A stretch of DNA of 64,000 nucleotides. Source: Octopus vulgaris (lineage: Eukaryota). Position numbers and translations under genes: made by a program. Positions 1 to 13,949 of this stretch are shown here, piece after piece (the stretch's first letter is position 1; each line of letters starts with the position of its first letter). The stretch covers positions 113,956,001 to 114,020,000 of the forward strand of contig OX597817.1 of the NCBI GenBank assembly GCA_951406725.2. Direction: 5' to 3'. The notes beneath the pieces were generated by a model. That model searched no databases and was not told where the DNA came from. It was given only the letters and a program-made list of their open reading frames with translations.

Positions 1-20
1 TTTTATTGATTTTGATGAAA

Positions 21-450
21 CTTGACATGTGAGTAGAACTCACGTCTGGAAACCTCATAACATACTTAGATTGTTGAAAAAATCGATAACATGGCCCCTG
101 GAAGGGACCTTTATATCTACCTCATATAACTAATTTTTTTAAACACCCAAGGGAAATAACCCATACCACCTGCACAATGTTTTTTAAGCACTCAAGGGCA
201 ATAACCCATTTCATTGTTTGTGTTCAATTACTTTGAATATTGGTTTTTGTGTGCCCAATGTCTAGTTTTTGCCAACAATATACTCTTATACTTTATTTGA
301 CATGTGAGTACATGTCTGGAAACCTCATGACGTATTTAGATTGTTGAAAAATGTCGATAATAGGGCCCCTCCAATGGATCCTTCTGTCTACTACATATTA
401 CTAATATTTTATTTAAACAACTCAAAGGAAATAACCCAAACCACCTGCAG
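21..450. repeat. Diverged direct duplication of an about 155-nt segment with about 275-nt period
   Basis: ttgacatgtgagta...gtctggaaacctcat...tagattgttgaaaaa...ggaaataaccca.accacctgca occurs at about 21-175 and about 297-450. Confidence 0.75.
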
Positions 451-609
451 TTTTTAGTGAAGCAATCAATATTTGATTCTCATGATCAGCTGACCTAATT
501 CTGCAGTTCCCTACTCACAGTTTTGAACTGCTAAACATTATTATTGCACTTCCTTAATTTGAATCTTAAACATCAAAGACTTCATTCATACATTTCTATA
601 CATACGTAC

Positions 610-802
610 TTTTTTGAATGCCCATTACTCCGATAATTCTGCATTTTTAGAGTTACACTTTTTTCAAGACAGTAGATAAATTTTTTATTCCACAACGTAT
701 TTGTAGTGACTTCATGCAAACATAGCGTGGATTCAATCCTCGATTGCCAAATTCCACTTAACACTTCAACAGCGCTTTTCTCATGGTAAAACAATAATTT
801 TT
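610..802 (-). other. Candidate exon of an unidentified minus-strand gene
   Basis: Unique-looking sequence between a cattcacAG acceptor and GTACGT/GTATGT donors, with one open frame (KLLFYHEKSAVEVLSGIWQSRIESTLC...MQNYRSNGHSK). No recognised homology. Confidence 0.3.
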
Positions 803-1419
803 CTGTGAATGACAGCAGTTATACATTTCTCAGATGCCTTCGCTAAGCAGAATAATGTCTTTGCCACTTGACCCTTCTAAGCTCTTCTAGGCCACCAGGG
901 GCTGGAATAGAGATAACAGACCTCCAACAAAATCATTTTTTCTCAACAATATGCCTATCCTTCTGGCTGCTTTTCCATAGTTATAAAAACAAGAACTCCG
1001 TAAGCTAAAGGCAGTTACTGAGAGTGACCATCAGTGAATGTGAACGTTATTATTGCCCTTTCTTCAAAAACTTCATTCATATATTTATATACATACAATC
1101 TCTCCCTCTTCCAGCTGACAGTTTTTGTGGTAAGGGTAGGTGGACAGTGATACTGGTAAGTGATAAATGGCAATAACAAATAGTTCATGTAGGGGAAAGT
1201 GAGTGATGACTGACTACTGGTAGTACAGAAAGGATGATGGTTAAGTGCATTGAGCACAGACAGGTATGATGCAGTCTCTTATATATAGGCTTTGTGATGG
1301 GTGAGAAAGGTAGAATGATAAGGGTGGTATTAAGGGGTATTGCACACAGGTAGGTCCTGTTCAATCTATCATTACACAGGTAACTCTTGTGAGTGGTAGG
1401 GAAATGAAAAGGAGTCAAA

Positions 1420-2340
1420 TATTGCAGGAAGCAACAAATGTAGATTTGACAGTAGATTTTACATTCATTTACTAAGAATTTGGTCTTTCTTACTTTATTA
1501 TACATATATTCTGAGTTGCCTTTGTAGTGTAATTCAATGTATTCTTCTCAAATTATTTCTTCTTCAGCTAAATCAGCATGACAATTAAATAGGTTTACCA
1601 TTTATGGATTTACTTCAAAGGAAAATTAATCAGAGAATCTTTTGTTCATGCCAGTTCTTAATGATAATAAGTGTTCTAGAATATGCTTTATAATCTATTT
1701 TAAGTGAAGAACAAATTTTTGCTGGCTCAGACATGCTGTGAAATATTTTTTTAAGTAAATTTGCTTGAAAAATTTCCAAGATTTCAGTAAATGATTTCAA
1801 TACTATTTAAAAAATCAATCAAGATAATGAATTTCTTTGAAGGTAAAATGATACTTCATTAAGTTTCAATATATCCAAGCTTGGTAATATATGCTATTTT
1901 TATGTTTTCTTATTTCCTTAGCAATATTTTCCTCACTCTTCTCTATCTTGAAAGTTAAATACTGCACTGAAAAAGGCTCACAAATTTTACTAAGCAATTT
2001 TTTTTAGAGAGTCATCTGATTTCTTTATGCAGCATACTTAGAATTCTTATATAGTGTTCATTATGATCAGAACAAATCTTTCTGAACAGGTAATCATATT
2101 TGCTGTGTAATTTTATTTTAATAAAAGTTTTAATAAAAGTTTTAATAACTATACTAAGTGAGTAACATGAAATTATACTATTTTCTTTCTTTTTTTTTTG
2201 TTACAAAATTGCTTGTGAACATTACAGTGTATTGCAATAATTCCAGAACATTATATTTAAATGTGCTATGGGGCCTTTAAACTTTCTGACTACGTCATTG
2301 TTGCAATTGATATAAACAATATCTAATGGAATTTTATGCT
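1420..2340 (-). mobile_element. Degenerate hAT (Charlie/ZBED8/SCAND3-like) transposase relic
   Basis: Manual translation across frameshifts gives KIPLDI...IAIHCNVHKQ...LSIVIK...KLHSKYDYLFRKICSDHNEHYIRIL..LHKEIR*LSKKNCLVKF...HLLSLRTGMNKRFSD, matching the hAT motifs HCxxH, HTEVRWLSKG and HLxxL...RFxD. Confidence 0.7.
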
Positions 2341-2500
2341 CATCAAATCAAGGTCTTCAAGCAATAAGAATATGCTTCCCAGTCCTCTCAGTCACCATTT
2401 AAATAATGTACATATGCCACAAGAAGAATCTTGTTATTGGCAGCTGTGGGCTCTTAAACCTAAATTAAGAAATGAATTTCTTTCAGTCTTTCAAGTAGAT

Positions 2501-2655
2501 GCAGGCATGGCTGCATGGTGAGGTTTGCTTCCTTATCACATGACCTCCAGTTCAGTTTCACTGCATGGCCCCTTGGTAGTCTTCTACTATAGTCCTGGTC
2601 AATCAAAGTCTTGTGAGTGGATTTGGTAGATGGAAACTGAAAGAAGCCCATCGTA
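2501..2655 (+). mobile_element. tRNA-derived CORE-type SINE (octopus OR-like); representative of many copies, e.g. 4600-4720, 6921-7320, 20594-20690, 22125-22520(-), 23721-24120, 47413-47570, 51535-51890(-)
   Basis: Recurrent consensus gtgtggtaag.agcttgctt..caaccacatggttccgggttcagtcccactgcgtggcaccttgggcaagtgtcttctactatagcc...gagtggatttggtagacggaaactgaaagaagccc followed by microsatellite. Confidence 0.8.
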
Positions 2656-4135
2656 TGTATATATGTATATATCATTATTCAGTTTATTTCCAGATTTCTT
2701 GCCAATAGAGAAAGAACTGGTTTCTAAACTAGATCCAAGGTTTCTTCATTGGAATTTCAGCATCAACAATGAGGTATTTTTGTATGTATGTATGTATGTA
2801 TGTATGTATGTATGTATGTATGTATGTATGTATGTATGTGTGCATGGTGTGTGCATGTGCGTGTGTGTGTGTGTGTATAGAACTTAGTTGAAAATGGATG
2901 CGTGGTATTCAATCATATAATAACATAAATAATATATATATATATATATGCATATATACATATGTAGATGTACATACTTACATATATATGCATACACATA
3001 TGCATATGTGGGCACAGGATGTCACAGAATGTAAACAACATAAAATATGAAAATGTGGGATACGAAATATGAACACATGGAATATGAACCTTTTTTGTGA
3101 ACAACAAAAGAAGCAAATGGAAAACAAGACAAGCAACATAATGAACGACCCTTCATCAGTTGCCGGCTGTTTTTCTAATCCGTATTTTGAGCAATTCACA
3201 AGAAGGTATGCCTTCAATAAAACAGTTGCTCCTGCAAAGCAAATTAAATAAAATTTGGGATATATATATATACACATACACATATATTATTTATATTATT
3301 ATATTTATATGTACATATGAAGTACAGGCAGCTCTTGTAATAAATATTATTAAATACTTATACTACTGTATATGCTTTTGTGTATTTTCCGGTGGCTGCA
3401 ATGGTGCTGTGGAGTATACAACTCTTATGTCATTGGTTTTAAAACACCTTAGAGTCATGAACAGGCTAGACAATTTACTCTCAACCCCATTTGAGAATGA
3501 TAGACACCATTTGTGTGGCTTTTCAACATCATGTACCCACTTGGGTTGAAGGTGAGTTACCTAGCCAGTCCAATGACTTATAAGACCATGAACTGGTATG
3601 CCTGGAAATTACATATCTAAGAGAAAATTTACATATGAAGTAAAAGCAGCTTTTATATGTATACTAAACTATCTGTAACCCATTTGGGTCACCTGGAAAG
3701 TCTGAGTTTCCCAGTAATGGAGTTTTGTGTTTTTTTTCTTTTTCAGGTTATTTTGCATGCTTTTAATGAATGTGACATCAAAATAACATGTAAACGGCTC
3801 CTTTCCCCAGAAAAGGAAAGATTTAGCTGCTATTTCTTGCACGTCCTGCTACCAAGTAACAGGTATTTTGGGTCCTTTATTGTAAATAGCTGTTATGTAG
3901 TAGCAGGGCGTGCTAGAAATAGCAGTCAAATCTTTGGAGCTGAGATATGTTGAATGCACTCCAAAAAATGTTTGCAATGGTATTCCCATGGGGTGATCTT
4001 TCACTTTGATTCTCAGAGCTGTCATCCAGATCAGTTGGTTTTGTTTGTTAATTTCCATAAAACTTTTGTTTTAAAGTGAAAGAGAGGAAAAAGTGAAAGA
4101 TGTATGAACATGTATATTAAATAGATGTGTGTGTG

Positions 4136-4204
<69 letters not shown>

Positions 4205-6654
4205 GTGTCACTTACACATACATGAGAACACACACATTCACCTCACTCACTGTCTCTCTCTTTCACACACACACATGCAAATGTACATACAAAAAAGATG
4301 TATGCATATATATTGATGTATGTACATATACACGACAACACACCCCTTCACTCACTCTCCCTTTCTCTCTTTTTCTCTTTCTCTTTCCCTTCCTCTCTCT
4401 CTCTCTCTCTTTCACACACACACATGTTCATTTCATATACACATACATCTTTCACTTTAAAACAAAAGTAAATAAATAAAATTTTTTTAAGGAAATTAAC
4501 GAACTGTTTAAAAAAAGCTAAAATATAAATACTTACTGTACAAACAACTAACATTTTTGAAATCACATTCAGTTAAAAATATTTCTAAATAATTTCCTAA
4601 CTACATGGTTTCGGGTTCAGTCCCACTGCGTGGCACTTTGGGTAGGTGTCTTCCGCTATAGCCCCGAGCCGACCGGAGCTTTGTGATTGAATTCGGTAGG
4701 TGGGAGTTACTGCCGTGTGTGTATGTGTGCGTATAGCTGCTCAGTGCCTCTCCAAAAGAGAGAGAGGGAATTAAAATATTGTGTACGTCAAAAAGTTGAT
4801 GTTTTTTTTTCTTAGAGAGTGCAAAGACTATGTGCGTAGCAGACGTGTGTTTGTGTTGACTGAAATGCCGTGACATTCATTATATGTGTGTGTATTCTGT
4901 ATGTGTGTATGTGTGTTGATGTCATAGAAGCCATGTTTTTATCATCAAGAAATAACAAACAAAAATTGTGTTTAATTGTTTTCATTAATAAATGGAGGTC
5001 CAAATATCACAAAAATTTGTACTGCACTGCTGAAAGTAAGTATGAAAATAAATTTGCAAAAAAAAAAAAAGAAATTAAGATAAAATATACTATTTCTGAG
5101 ATATTTCGGTTACACATAAACATCTCTAGAATTTTAGTATTATTAAGACATGTATGCTCTTGCATAGCTAGAGTGTGTGCTGTCTGGGCTGGCCCTTCTG
5201 TATGCTGCCTCCCAACCCAAAAGTGGTGCTCCTTTAAAAGTGCCACCTGGGGTGGACTTCCCCTACTACCTCCACCTAGCTATGCTAGTGTATGTATGTG
5301 TCTGTGTGCATGTCGTATCTCCTTGTGTTAACATTGCTTGATAGTTGGAAAATAATTACCACTGTCACATAAGCAGTGTCGTGTGAGAAATATTATCTTG
5401 CTTGGAAATAGATGAGGGTTGGTGACAGGAAGTGCATCGAGCTGCAGAAAATCTCATTCAGTAAACTCCATCTGACCCATGCAAGCATAAAAAAGTAGAT
5501 GTTAAAAGGAAGATGAAGATGATAATGATTCCAATTAGTTCTTCAATATTCAGGTATTTCCTCAATTCATTTTCAAATTGAAGTGTTGCTTAATGGTTAA
5601 CTTTTTAAGATGTCTGATATATAACATTTAAAATAACAGTTTTTTAAATATAAGTTTCATGACTCTTTTCAGTAATAGTATGACTACAACCAATTTTTGT
5701 TGCAGCTTTAGAAATTTCCAATTATGTAACATTGGTCATATCTAATTCAGTATATTTTTTTTTACAAAATGTGTAAATTAGGTTGCTGCTTAAAATTGGT
5801 TTTCAATTTTTTTTTCAAAATAGTCAATGGTTTTATTAGATTTATCTGAATGCTTTCTTTTCAAATGATTACGAAGACTTGGAAGACTGAAAGCTTCATT
5901 CAAAAGAATACAGTTTCATAAAAGATATATATAGATATTTTGGATCGAGAAAGCTTTCAATAACACAATAAGATAGGATTGGTAACATTTCTTCTTTTTA
6001 TCTCTTTGAAATTGTTAAGAGTCTTGTGCATTATAAAATTACAAAAAAAAAATTGACATCAATAAAGCAGTAAAAAAAATATTTGAAATCTGAAAAATAA
6101 ATGCATGTGTCATGAGAGAAGTTCTAGAGAAGTTCTAGAGCATCCAACCTCAATTACACAATTTTTAATCTTCTGACTCATTCTTCAACAAGAATGATCA
6201 AACAGTGTTATAGGCTTAACAACTGTACATAGAATTTTATTATCATGTTAGTTATACAAGGCAGCAAGCTGGCAGAGTCATTAGCATGCTAAGCAAAATG
6301 CCTGGCAGCATTTATTTTCTAAGTTCAAATGCTGCCAAGGTCAACTTTGCCTTTTATCCTTTTGGGGTTGATAAAATATGTACTAGTCAAGCACTGAGGT
6401 TGATGTAATCGACTTACTCCCTCCCCTGAAATTGTTGGCCTTGGGCAAAATTTGAAATTATTACAAAGTTAGTTATACACGATTGTATTTAATCCCAATT
6501 GCATAATGCATGAAACCATCATAATAATGTTTTTTTGTTTTTTTTTGAAGTTGGTGATAAGGAAGTAAATGTGATCAGTTTGGGTAGAAATTAGTTGGTT
6601 AGTTTGCTTCTGAAAATAGCAAGAAGAAGGTTGTACATATACAAAACAAGTATT

Positions 6655-6881
6655 GAGCTGGCAGAAACGTTAGCACGCCGGGCGAAATGCTTAGCGGTAT
6701 TTCGTCTGCCACTACGTTCTGAGTTCAAATTCTGCCGAGGTCGACTTTGCCTTTCATCCTTTCAGAGTCAATTAAATAAGTACCAGTTACACACTGGAGT
6801 CGATATAATCGATTTAATCTGTTTGTTTGTCCTTGTTTGTCTCCTCTATGTTTAGCCCCTTGTGGGCAATAAAGAAATAAG
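6655..6881 (+). mobile_element. tRNA-derived Meta-type SINE; other copies at 6259-6460, 8250-8470(-), 9140-9350(-), 9490-9715(-), 42357-42570, 61600-61790
   Basis: Pol III-like head (gagctggcaga...gagttcaaattc) followed by ggtcgactttgcctttcatcctttc.gggtcgataaa..agtaccag, resembling the Meta domain. Confidence 0.8.
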
Positions 6882-7344
6882 TATTGTGTGTGTGTGTGTG
6901 TGTGCACGTGTGTGTGTGCATGCAGGCATGGTTGTGTGGTTAAGAAGGTTGCTTCCTGACCATATTCTTTTGGGTTCAGTCCTAGTATGTGGCACTTTTG
7001 TCCCTACTATGGCCTCAAGCTGAGCAAAAGCTTAGGAGTGGATTTGGTAGTTGGAAACTGAAAGAAGCCCATCATATGTGTATGTGTGTGTGCTTGTGTT
7101 TCCCTGTCTCGACATTGTTGTAAATGAGCGTCCCTGTCATACAAGCAGTGTCACTCATATCCAATATTCTGTAAAAACATATCATGGAAACAGGTGAGGG
7201 TTAATGATAAGGGTATCTAGCTGTAGAAAATCTGCCTCACTAAATTTTGTTTGATCCATTCAAGCATGGAAGTATAGATTTTAAAACAATACTGATGCTA
7301 ACGATGATGACATTTGCTTGTGTTATATAAGTATATATATATGT

Positions 7345-7797
7345 ATCGAAATCGAAATCAAATTCAATGACTGGCATCCGTGCTAGTGGAGCGCTAAGCG
7401 TACCATACGAGCTTGATCATTGCCTGAGCAACAAGCTGCCCTCTGAGCCAGTGACACATAAAAAGCACCATTCGAGCGTGATCGTTACCTGCGTTGCCTT
7501 ACTGGCACGTGAAAAAAAAGCATTCGAGTGAGGTCGTTGCCAGTGCTACCAGACTGGCTTCTGTGCAGGTGGCACATAAAAAGCACCATTTGAGCGTGGC
7601 TGTTGCCAGTTTCAGCTGACTGGCGCTCATGCTGGTGGCACATAAATGCACCCACTACACTCTTGGAGTGGTTGGCGCTAGGAAGGGCGTCCAGCTGTAG
7701 AAACTCAGCCATCTGGTTCGCCAGACCTCAGTCAAATTGTCCAACCTATGCTAGCATGGAAAGCAGACGTTAAACGATGATGATGATGATGATGATG
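7345..7797 (+). mobile_element. RTE-family 3' tail with internal about 60-nt subrepeats and (GAT)n end; similar tails at 42027-42300(-) and 44077-44330(-)
   Basis: Repeated ggcacataaaaagcaccatt.gagcgtg units, then cccactacactct.ggagtggttggc.ttaggaagggc.tccagctgtagaaac, the same tail as on the RT-bearing copy at 20090-20226. Confidence 0.7.
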
Positions 7798-7837
<40 letters not shown>

Positions 7838-8630
7838 GCTGTCAATGAACCGTAGTAGAGATGTGTGTGTGTATATATGCACACATACATGCAAGCATAC
7901 ATACGTACATATACATACACATACACGTATTTGTACACACATGTACATACATACAAACAGAAGACTATGTGTTTATGCACTCACATGCATATATACGCAA
8001 ATATTCTTCATAAAGAATTTGTAAAAACTGATCAAATATTTGGAACTTAAAAGTGAGAAGATAGATAACCGTAGTTCCAATAATAATCTGAACACTTGGC
8101 TCAGTTCCAAAAAATATCCTACTCTACCATACAAATACATTTTACCAAAATAGAACTGCTTATATTCTAAGAGAATCACTTTCTGTCAGAAACATTATTG
8201 AAAGAAATAGCATTTTCAACATTTTCACTGTGGATGTGAACAAAAATAAATAATGGTTTCATATTTTGGCATAAGGCCAGCAGTTTTAAAGGAGAGTGGG
8301 TTAGGTCATTACATTAACACCAGTGTTCAACTGGTACTTATTTTATTGACCCTGAAAGGATGAAAGACAAAGTCGAATTTGGCAGCATTTGAATTCAGAA
8401 CGGAAAGCTAGAAGAAATGTTACAAAGCATTTTGTTCAGCATGTTAACAATTCTGCCAGCTTGTTGCTTTAGCACATAATGTAATAATTATTTCTACTAT
8501 AGGTGCAAGGCCTGGAATTTGGGGATAGGGAGCTAGTCAACGATGTTGACCCCCAGTGCTCAAACTGGTACTTATTTTATAATAATGATAATAATAATAA
8601 TAATGATGATAATAATAATAATAATAATAA

Positions 8631-9095
8631 AAAGATGGGCTACAGCAAATATTCTGCTCCATACCACAGACTTGCTTGTCAGTTGTTTGACCTTAACCAG
8701 TTGAGCATGTCCCTTAGTGGCTGACGATATGTGCATCTCTGATCACAAGCAGAAGTAGTGGGGGAGCATCATAGTCACGTGTAGAAAGGGATTCTTTGGG
8801 GTTTGAATAATTCACCTCTGGAAACATGGGTGTTTCTTTCAACATCCTTAAACAACCCTTATTCAGGGACCTTTTGAGCAGGATGGGTTGCTCAACCAGA
8901 AGAAAATTTCTTACTGGGCCCCACCTGCAAGGTCATGTGCTGTTTATCTTGATATGAGATCACCATGTCGTGCACATATGGTTGTGATGCATGTGCCTAG
9001 TCTACCCTTATCAGACGGGTAGTCATGATGGGTTTACTGGGCTTCGTATATTTTACCCCAGTGTCACTTTGTTGGCATGCACTGCTCTCTCACTC
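8631..9095 (+). mobile_element. Non-coding retroposon 3' fragment embedded in an (AAT)n array (Dong/R4-like targeting inferred)
   Basis: Complex 465-nt segment flanked on both sides by (AAT)n (8578-8630 and 9096-9140); no ORF. Confidence 0.45.
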
Positions 9096-9105
9096 AATAA
9101 TAATA

Positions 9106-9140
<35 letters not shown>

Positions 9141-9782
9141 CCTTTCTACTATAGACTCAAGGCCTAAAATTTGAGAGGAGGGGTATAGTCAATCACATCG
9201 ACTCCAGTGTTCAGCTGGTACTTAATTTATCAACTCTAAACAGATGAAAGGCAAAGTTAACCTTGGCAGAATCTGAACTGAGAGTGAAGACACAGAATGC
9301 CACTAAGTATTTTGCCCCGTGTGTTAACGATTCTGTCAGCTCCCCACCTAATAATAACTCATTCTACTATAGGCACAAGACATGAGATTTTGCAGGGAAG
9401 GGACTAGTCAATTGCATTGACCCCAGTGCTTGATTGATACTTATTTTATTGACTCCAAATAGATAAAAAATAATGTCAATCTCAGTAGAATGATAATGGT
9501 TTCAAATTTTTGGTACAAGGCCAACACTTTCAGAGGAAGTAGGTAAGTTGATTACATCAATTCTAGTGCTCAACAAGTGCTTATTTTATCACCCTCGAAA
9601 GGAAGAAAGGTAAATTCAACCTTGGCAGAATTTGAACTCAGGACTTAAAGTCAGATAAAATGCTACTAAGCATTTTGCCCAGCATGTTGATGATTCTGCC
9701 AACTTGCTGCCTTACTCAGCGGAATGCTAATAATTATAATTGTTTCTAATATAGGTACAAGCACAGAAATTTATAGAAAGGG

Positions 9783-9992
9783 CAGTGAGCTGGCAGAAAT
9801 GTAGCACACTGGGTGAAATGTTCAGCAGTATTTCGTCTGCCGCTACGTTCTGAGTTAAAATTCCGCCGAGGTTGACTTTGCCTTTCATCCTTTCGGGGTC
9901 GATAAATTAAGTACCAGTTACGCACTGGGGTCAACTTAATCCCTTTGTCTGTCCCCTCTATGTTTAGCCCCTTGTGGGCAATAAAGAAATAC
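9783..9992 (+). mobile_element. Young Meta-type SINE with target-site duplication, nested in an older opposite-strand SINE
   Basis: CpG-retaining copy flanked by gaaatttatagaaaggg at 9766-9782 and 9993-10009. Confidence 0.85.
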
Positions 9993-10243
9993 GAAATTTA
10001 TAGAAAGGGAAGTCGATTATATCATTCCCTAGTACTCTGTCAACCCTACGACAAAATACAAAGTTGATCTTAGTGGGATGTGAACTCCCCAGATCATATT
10101 AAGCTGGAACATATACTACAAAACATTTTGTCTTATACTCTAATGATTCTACCAACCCATCATCCTAATGCTAGCAATGTTTTTAACATTTTAAAATAAC
10201 CATTTCTTTCAGTTTTAACCTACACTAGATGTCTTTTAAAATC

Positions 10244-10468
10244 TTAACCCTTTAGCATTTAGACCAGCCATATCCAGCTCAAATATTCTTCCTGTTTTAT
10301 GTTCAAACTGACCAGATCCAGCCTTTCACACCTATCCTACAATATCATTCTTATACTAAGCAATCATATCGAAATCTCTAAGCTACACGATAATGCATGA
10401 TTAATTTAAAACAATGTGAATTGATGGGCATTACCTTTGACAAAGTTATCTGAATGCTAAAGGGTTAA
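10244..10468. mobile_element. piggyBac-type MITE (TTAA-CCC...GGG-TTAA); further copies at about 27991-28206, 30978-31206, 49391-49619, 50443-50620, 50739-50966
   Basis: ttaaccctttagcatt ... aatgctaaagggttaa terminal inverted repeats with TTAA flanks; the same internal sequence recurs in the other copies. Confidence 0.8.
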
Positions 10469-12734
10469 AACCACCTAATAAGTTCTTGATAATAGGCAGT
10501 GTATACTTACAGACTTTATTTATATGCTTTGAATGTAAAGTCAAGTAAGTGCTAGATGATCTTCTTCGTATTATTGATTTGTAATGCAGACAAGTACGAG
10601 ATTAGCAATCTATCCATTCCTAAATTTCCACTTCCTGATTCTAAAGGTTTCTGTCCATTATAGGGAGCCCTGTTTGCCAAGCAAATCAATTTTATGTTAA
10701 GTGAAGATGTTACATTTCAACATTTCTCTGTAGTTAGCTCATTCCAAATGTCACAGATGACTTCATGAGGTGTTGAATATGCCAAATCAAGCAATTTTTC
10801 AGTTTAGTCTGTTTTCATGAAGAATACTGAGTGAAACATAATAACCAGTTGATCTAGCAAGTGGGGCCTCATCTCAGTGAGGTGTGGGGAGCCAGTGCGC
10901 AATAATGCTGTCTAGGGGAAGGCCCTGAAATGGTACACATTCTCTCCTGATGACCCCATAAGCTTGCTACAATCTGGTATGTAGAGCTTTCAACTGGTAA
11001 CACTTGTATCTGCAAGTTGTTTGCAAAAATGTTTTTGTATTTGTAAGACTTCAAAAAATATAAAAAAATAAAAAATCTGGAATTTTCAAACAATTTCCAG
11101 ATCTTTTTATCAACAATAAAATAAAACCAGAATAAGTTAGGGAGCTGAAATTTTTAGGAATTGCTTCTTTCATTGGCATAAACAAGTGTCAAGAATCTGA
11201 AAACCATTTCAAGATATGTTACACAAACCTTTGTTGAACTTGACTGATGTTTGTTATTCTTTAGTCCTATGTCAGCTTTGATTAAGCATTCCAACCACCA
11301 TGACCATTGTGTCTTATTCTATTTTTTGTTGGGGGTTATGTAGAAACGCATTAGATAATGCATGTCCAGTGTGCTTCCTTTTTAAAAAGGCAGGGTATGA
11401 TTTGGGGAAATTTGACTGCTATTTCTTGCAGGTTGAGATTGCATAGAGACTTTCTTATAGGCTTGTTGTAAGGTACATTGTTAGCTTGAGTGGCGAGCCT
11501 TAGAAATCTTCAGGACGCTATATGAAACCATTATTTTGTTGTGTGTGTGAGTGCATGCATATGTGCGCAAGCATGTGCACATGTTAGTGTATTCTCTCTG
11601 TATTTGCTACATGAAAATAATACCTAATTTTGCTTAAAAAAACTCAACTGGTTATGGAGAAGTACTTTTCATTCTTGTTTTATTCTTAAAGAAAAGCTTG
11701 AAGCCAGTAATATGTTCTTGTCTGCAGAATAATTCCATCTGTTAAATACTTTCCAAGTGTCACATTAAATGAAATTAGAATCTGTAATTAAAAATCACTA
11801 AGCTGAGTAGATGAAGTAATTATTTCATATTTTCCTGGTCCCACTCATTGGACAAGTCATGTTGGGGCTTAATCAGGGATTAGTCATTCATATCAGCCCT
11901 AGTGCTTATTTCAGTCAAGTACTTATTTTATTGATATCTATTTGTTGAACCACTATATTGCAGGACATCAAGAAACACAACATGAACAACACTATCTTTG
12001 AGACTGGTGTTAACATAAATAAATATTCCAACTACATGGCTCTGGGTCTCATTGTTTGGCACCTTGGGCCAGTGTCCTCTACTACAGCCTTGGGTCTACC
12101 AAAGCCTTATGAGCAGATTTGGTAGATGGAATCTGAAAGAAACCTGTTGCATGTGTGTGTGTGTTTGTCCCCTGCTTCTCAACTGGTGTTGGTGTGTTTA
12201 TGTCTCTGTAAATTAGCAATTCAGTAAAAGAGACTGATAATTCTATCATAAGAACCAGGCTTAAAAAAATAAGTTCTGGGGTTGATTCTTTCTCCAAGGT
12301 GATGCCCCAGCATGGCCACAGTCTAATGACTGACATAAGTAAAAGATATATTTACATTCACACATGTATATAGATACACTAAATAGATATGCACCCCTCC
12401 ATTTTCACACATAGATAATCATATATGATGGGTTTCTGCACTTTCTTGTCCATCAAACTCCTCTCACAAAGTATTGGGTAATCTAAAACTATAGAAGTAA
12501 ACACTTGCCTACGATGCTGTGCAGTGGGATGAAACTGAGGACTAAGGGGGTTGTGAAGTGAACTTCTTGTTTACATGAATATACTTGTACCCATTGTTTT
12601 AAAGAATAAATATGACTGTACAAAGCCTATTGTCTTTGATTTTAGCATTATTATAATAAGTTTTCACATGACATCTGTGACTCAAATTTGCAATTACTCT
12701 GAGGGTTATATAAAAGCAAAAACAAGATTTACTT

Positions 12735-12856
12735 CTGAACTGGAGAAACAGCTAGTGCACATCACATACACCTTGCTGAGACCAGATATCATTTTGGTTT
12801 TCAGGGCAACAAAATAGCTAGTTCTTCTAAAGTAACTGTGCCCCAAGAGGAATGTA
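12735..12856 (+). mobile_element. HERO-clade non-LTR retrotransposon fragment (restriction-like endonuclease)
   Basis: ELEKQLVHITYTLLRPDIILVFRATK*LVLL..VTVPQEE matches the RPD...ELTVPWEE motif. Confidence 0.6.
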
Positions 12857-13685
12857 TGTGTGTGTGGGTTTGTGTGTGCATGTGTATCTGTATATAATGG
12901 TATAAAACAGTATACCTCCTTATGGCAAAAATTAACTTAATCATTTTATAGATAAAAGATTTATAAAATAAGTGTCTGACTGAAATAAGTACTGAAGTTG
13001 ATCAAATCAATTAAAACTCTTGAAGGTGGTGACCCAGCATGGCCACATTCCAGTGACTGAAAGCTGTAAAAGAGCAAATTGTAACACTAAAAGCTTATTC
13101 TCTTTGAGAAAATTTATTATTCCCAGATTCAACTTGATATTTCAATAACTTATACAAGACTTGTGTTGATATACAAAAGTTCAGTTTCATTACCATCCAA
13201 TAAAAAATGAATGAGAGAAGGAACTGAGTTTGTGAAATGCTTGTTGTTTAACTCTAAATGAGTCTTGCTTGAACAGATCTGATCATGATCATTCCATCTT
13301 TTTTGTATATTTAAGAGGACACTGACCAATGTGTCCTTTTTCTAAGATGAGAGCGGGTGATTTGAGGACTACTCTCCTTAGCAGGTCAATTGACCACAAT
13401 AAGGTTCCCTCATTAGGAAGTGGTTTGTTGTGTGTGCAGAGTATGCTAAATCAGACAAAAAAATAAAGTGTCTTTCTGAGCCATTTTGGTACAGAAGTAG
13501 GTAGGAGAATTCTGAAAAGTTTTCAAAGAAATATTTAAGAGACCAAAAAATTTGACTGTAATTTGAATGGTATTTTTGTTTTCCTGATGCAGCACAATTG
13601 TAGGTGATGTTGTAGACAGTGTTCTTTACCTGTATAACTAGGGTTTTGTGTGAGGTGATATTAAGAGACATACACATGAGTATAT

Positions 13686-13905
13686 ATATTTCTTTACTGC
13701 CCACAAGGGGCTAAACACAGAGGAGACAAACGGATTAAGTCGATTACATCGACTCCAGTGCATAACTGGTGATTAATTTATTGGACCCGAAAGGATGAAA
13801 GGCAAAGTCGACCTCGGCGGAATTTGAACTCAGAACGTAACGGCAGACGAAATACGGCTACGCATTTCGCCCGGCGTGCTAACGTTTCTGCCAGCTCGCC
13901 GCCTT
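13686..13905 (-). mobile_element. Young Meta-type SINE with target-site duplication
   Basis: Full-length CpG-rich copy flanked on both sides by atacaca(t/a)gagtatata. Confidence 0.85.
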
Positions 13906-13949
13906 AAAATACACAAGAGTATATAGTATTAGTGACTCATTTAGATGGG

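Noticed and set aside
3140-3175. CTGATGA core on the minus strand (ccttcatcagttgcc, also at about 61841)
   Set aside because: No matching GAAA or stem III could be placed, so a ribozyme is not supported.
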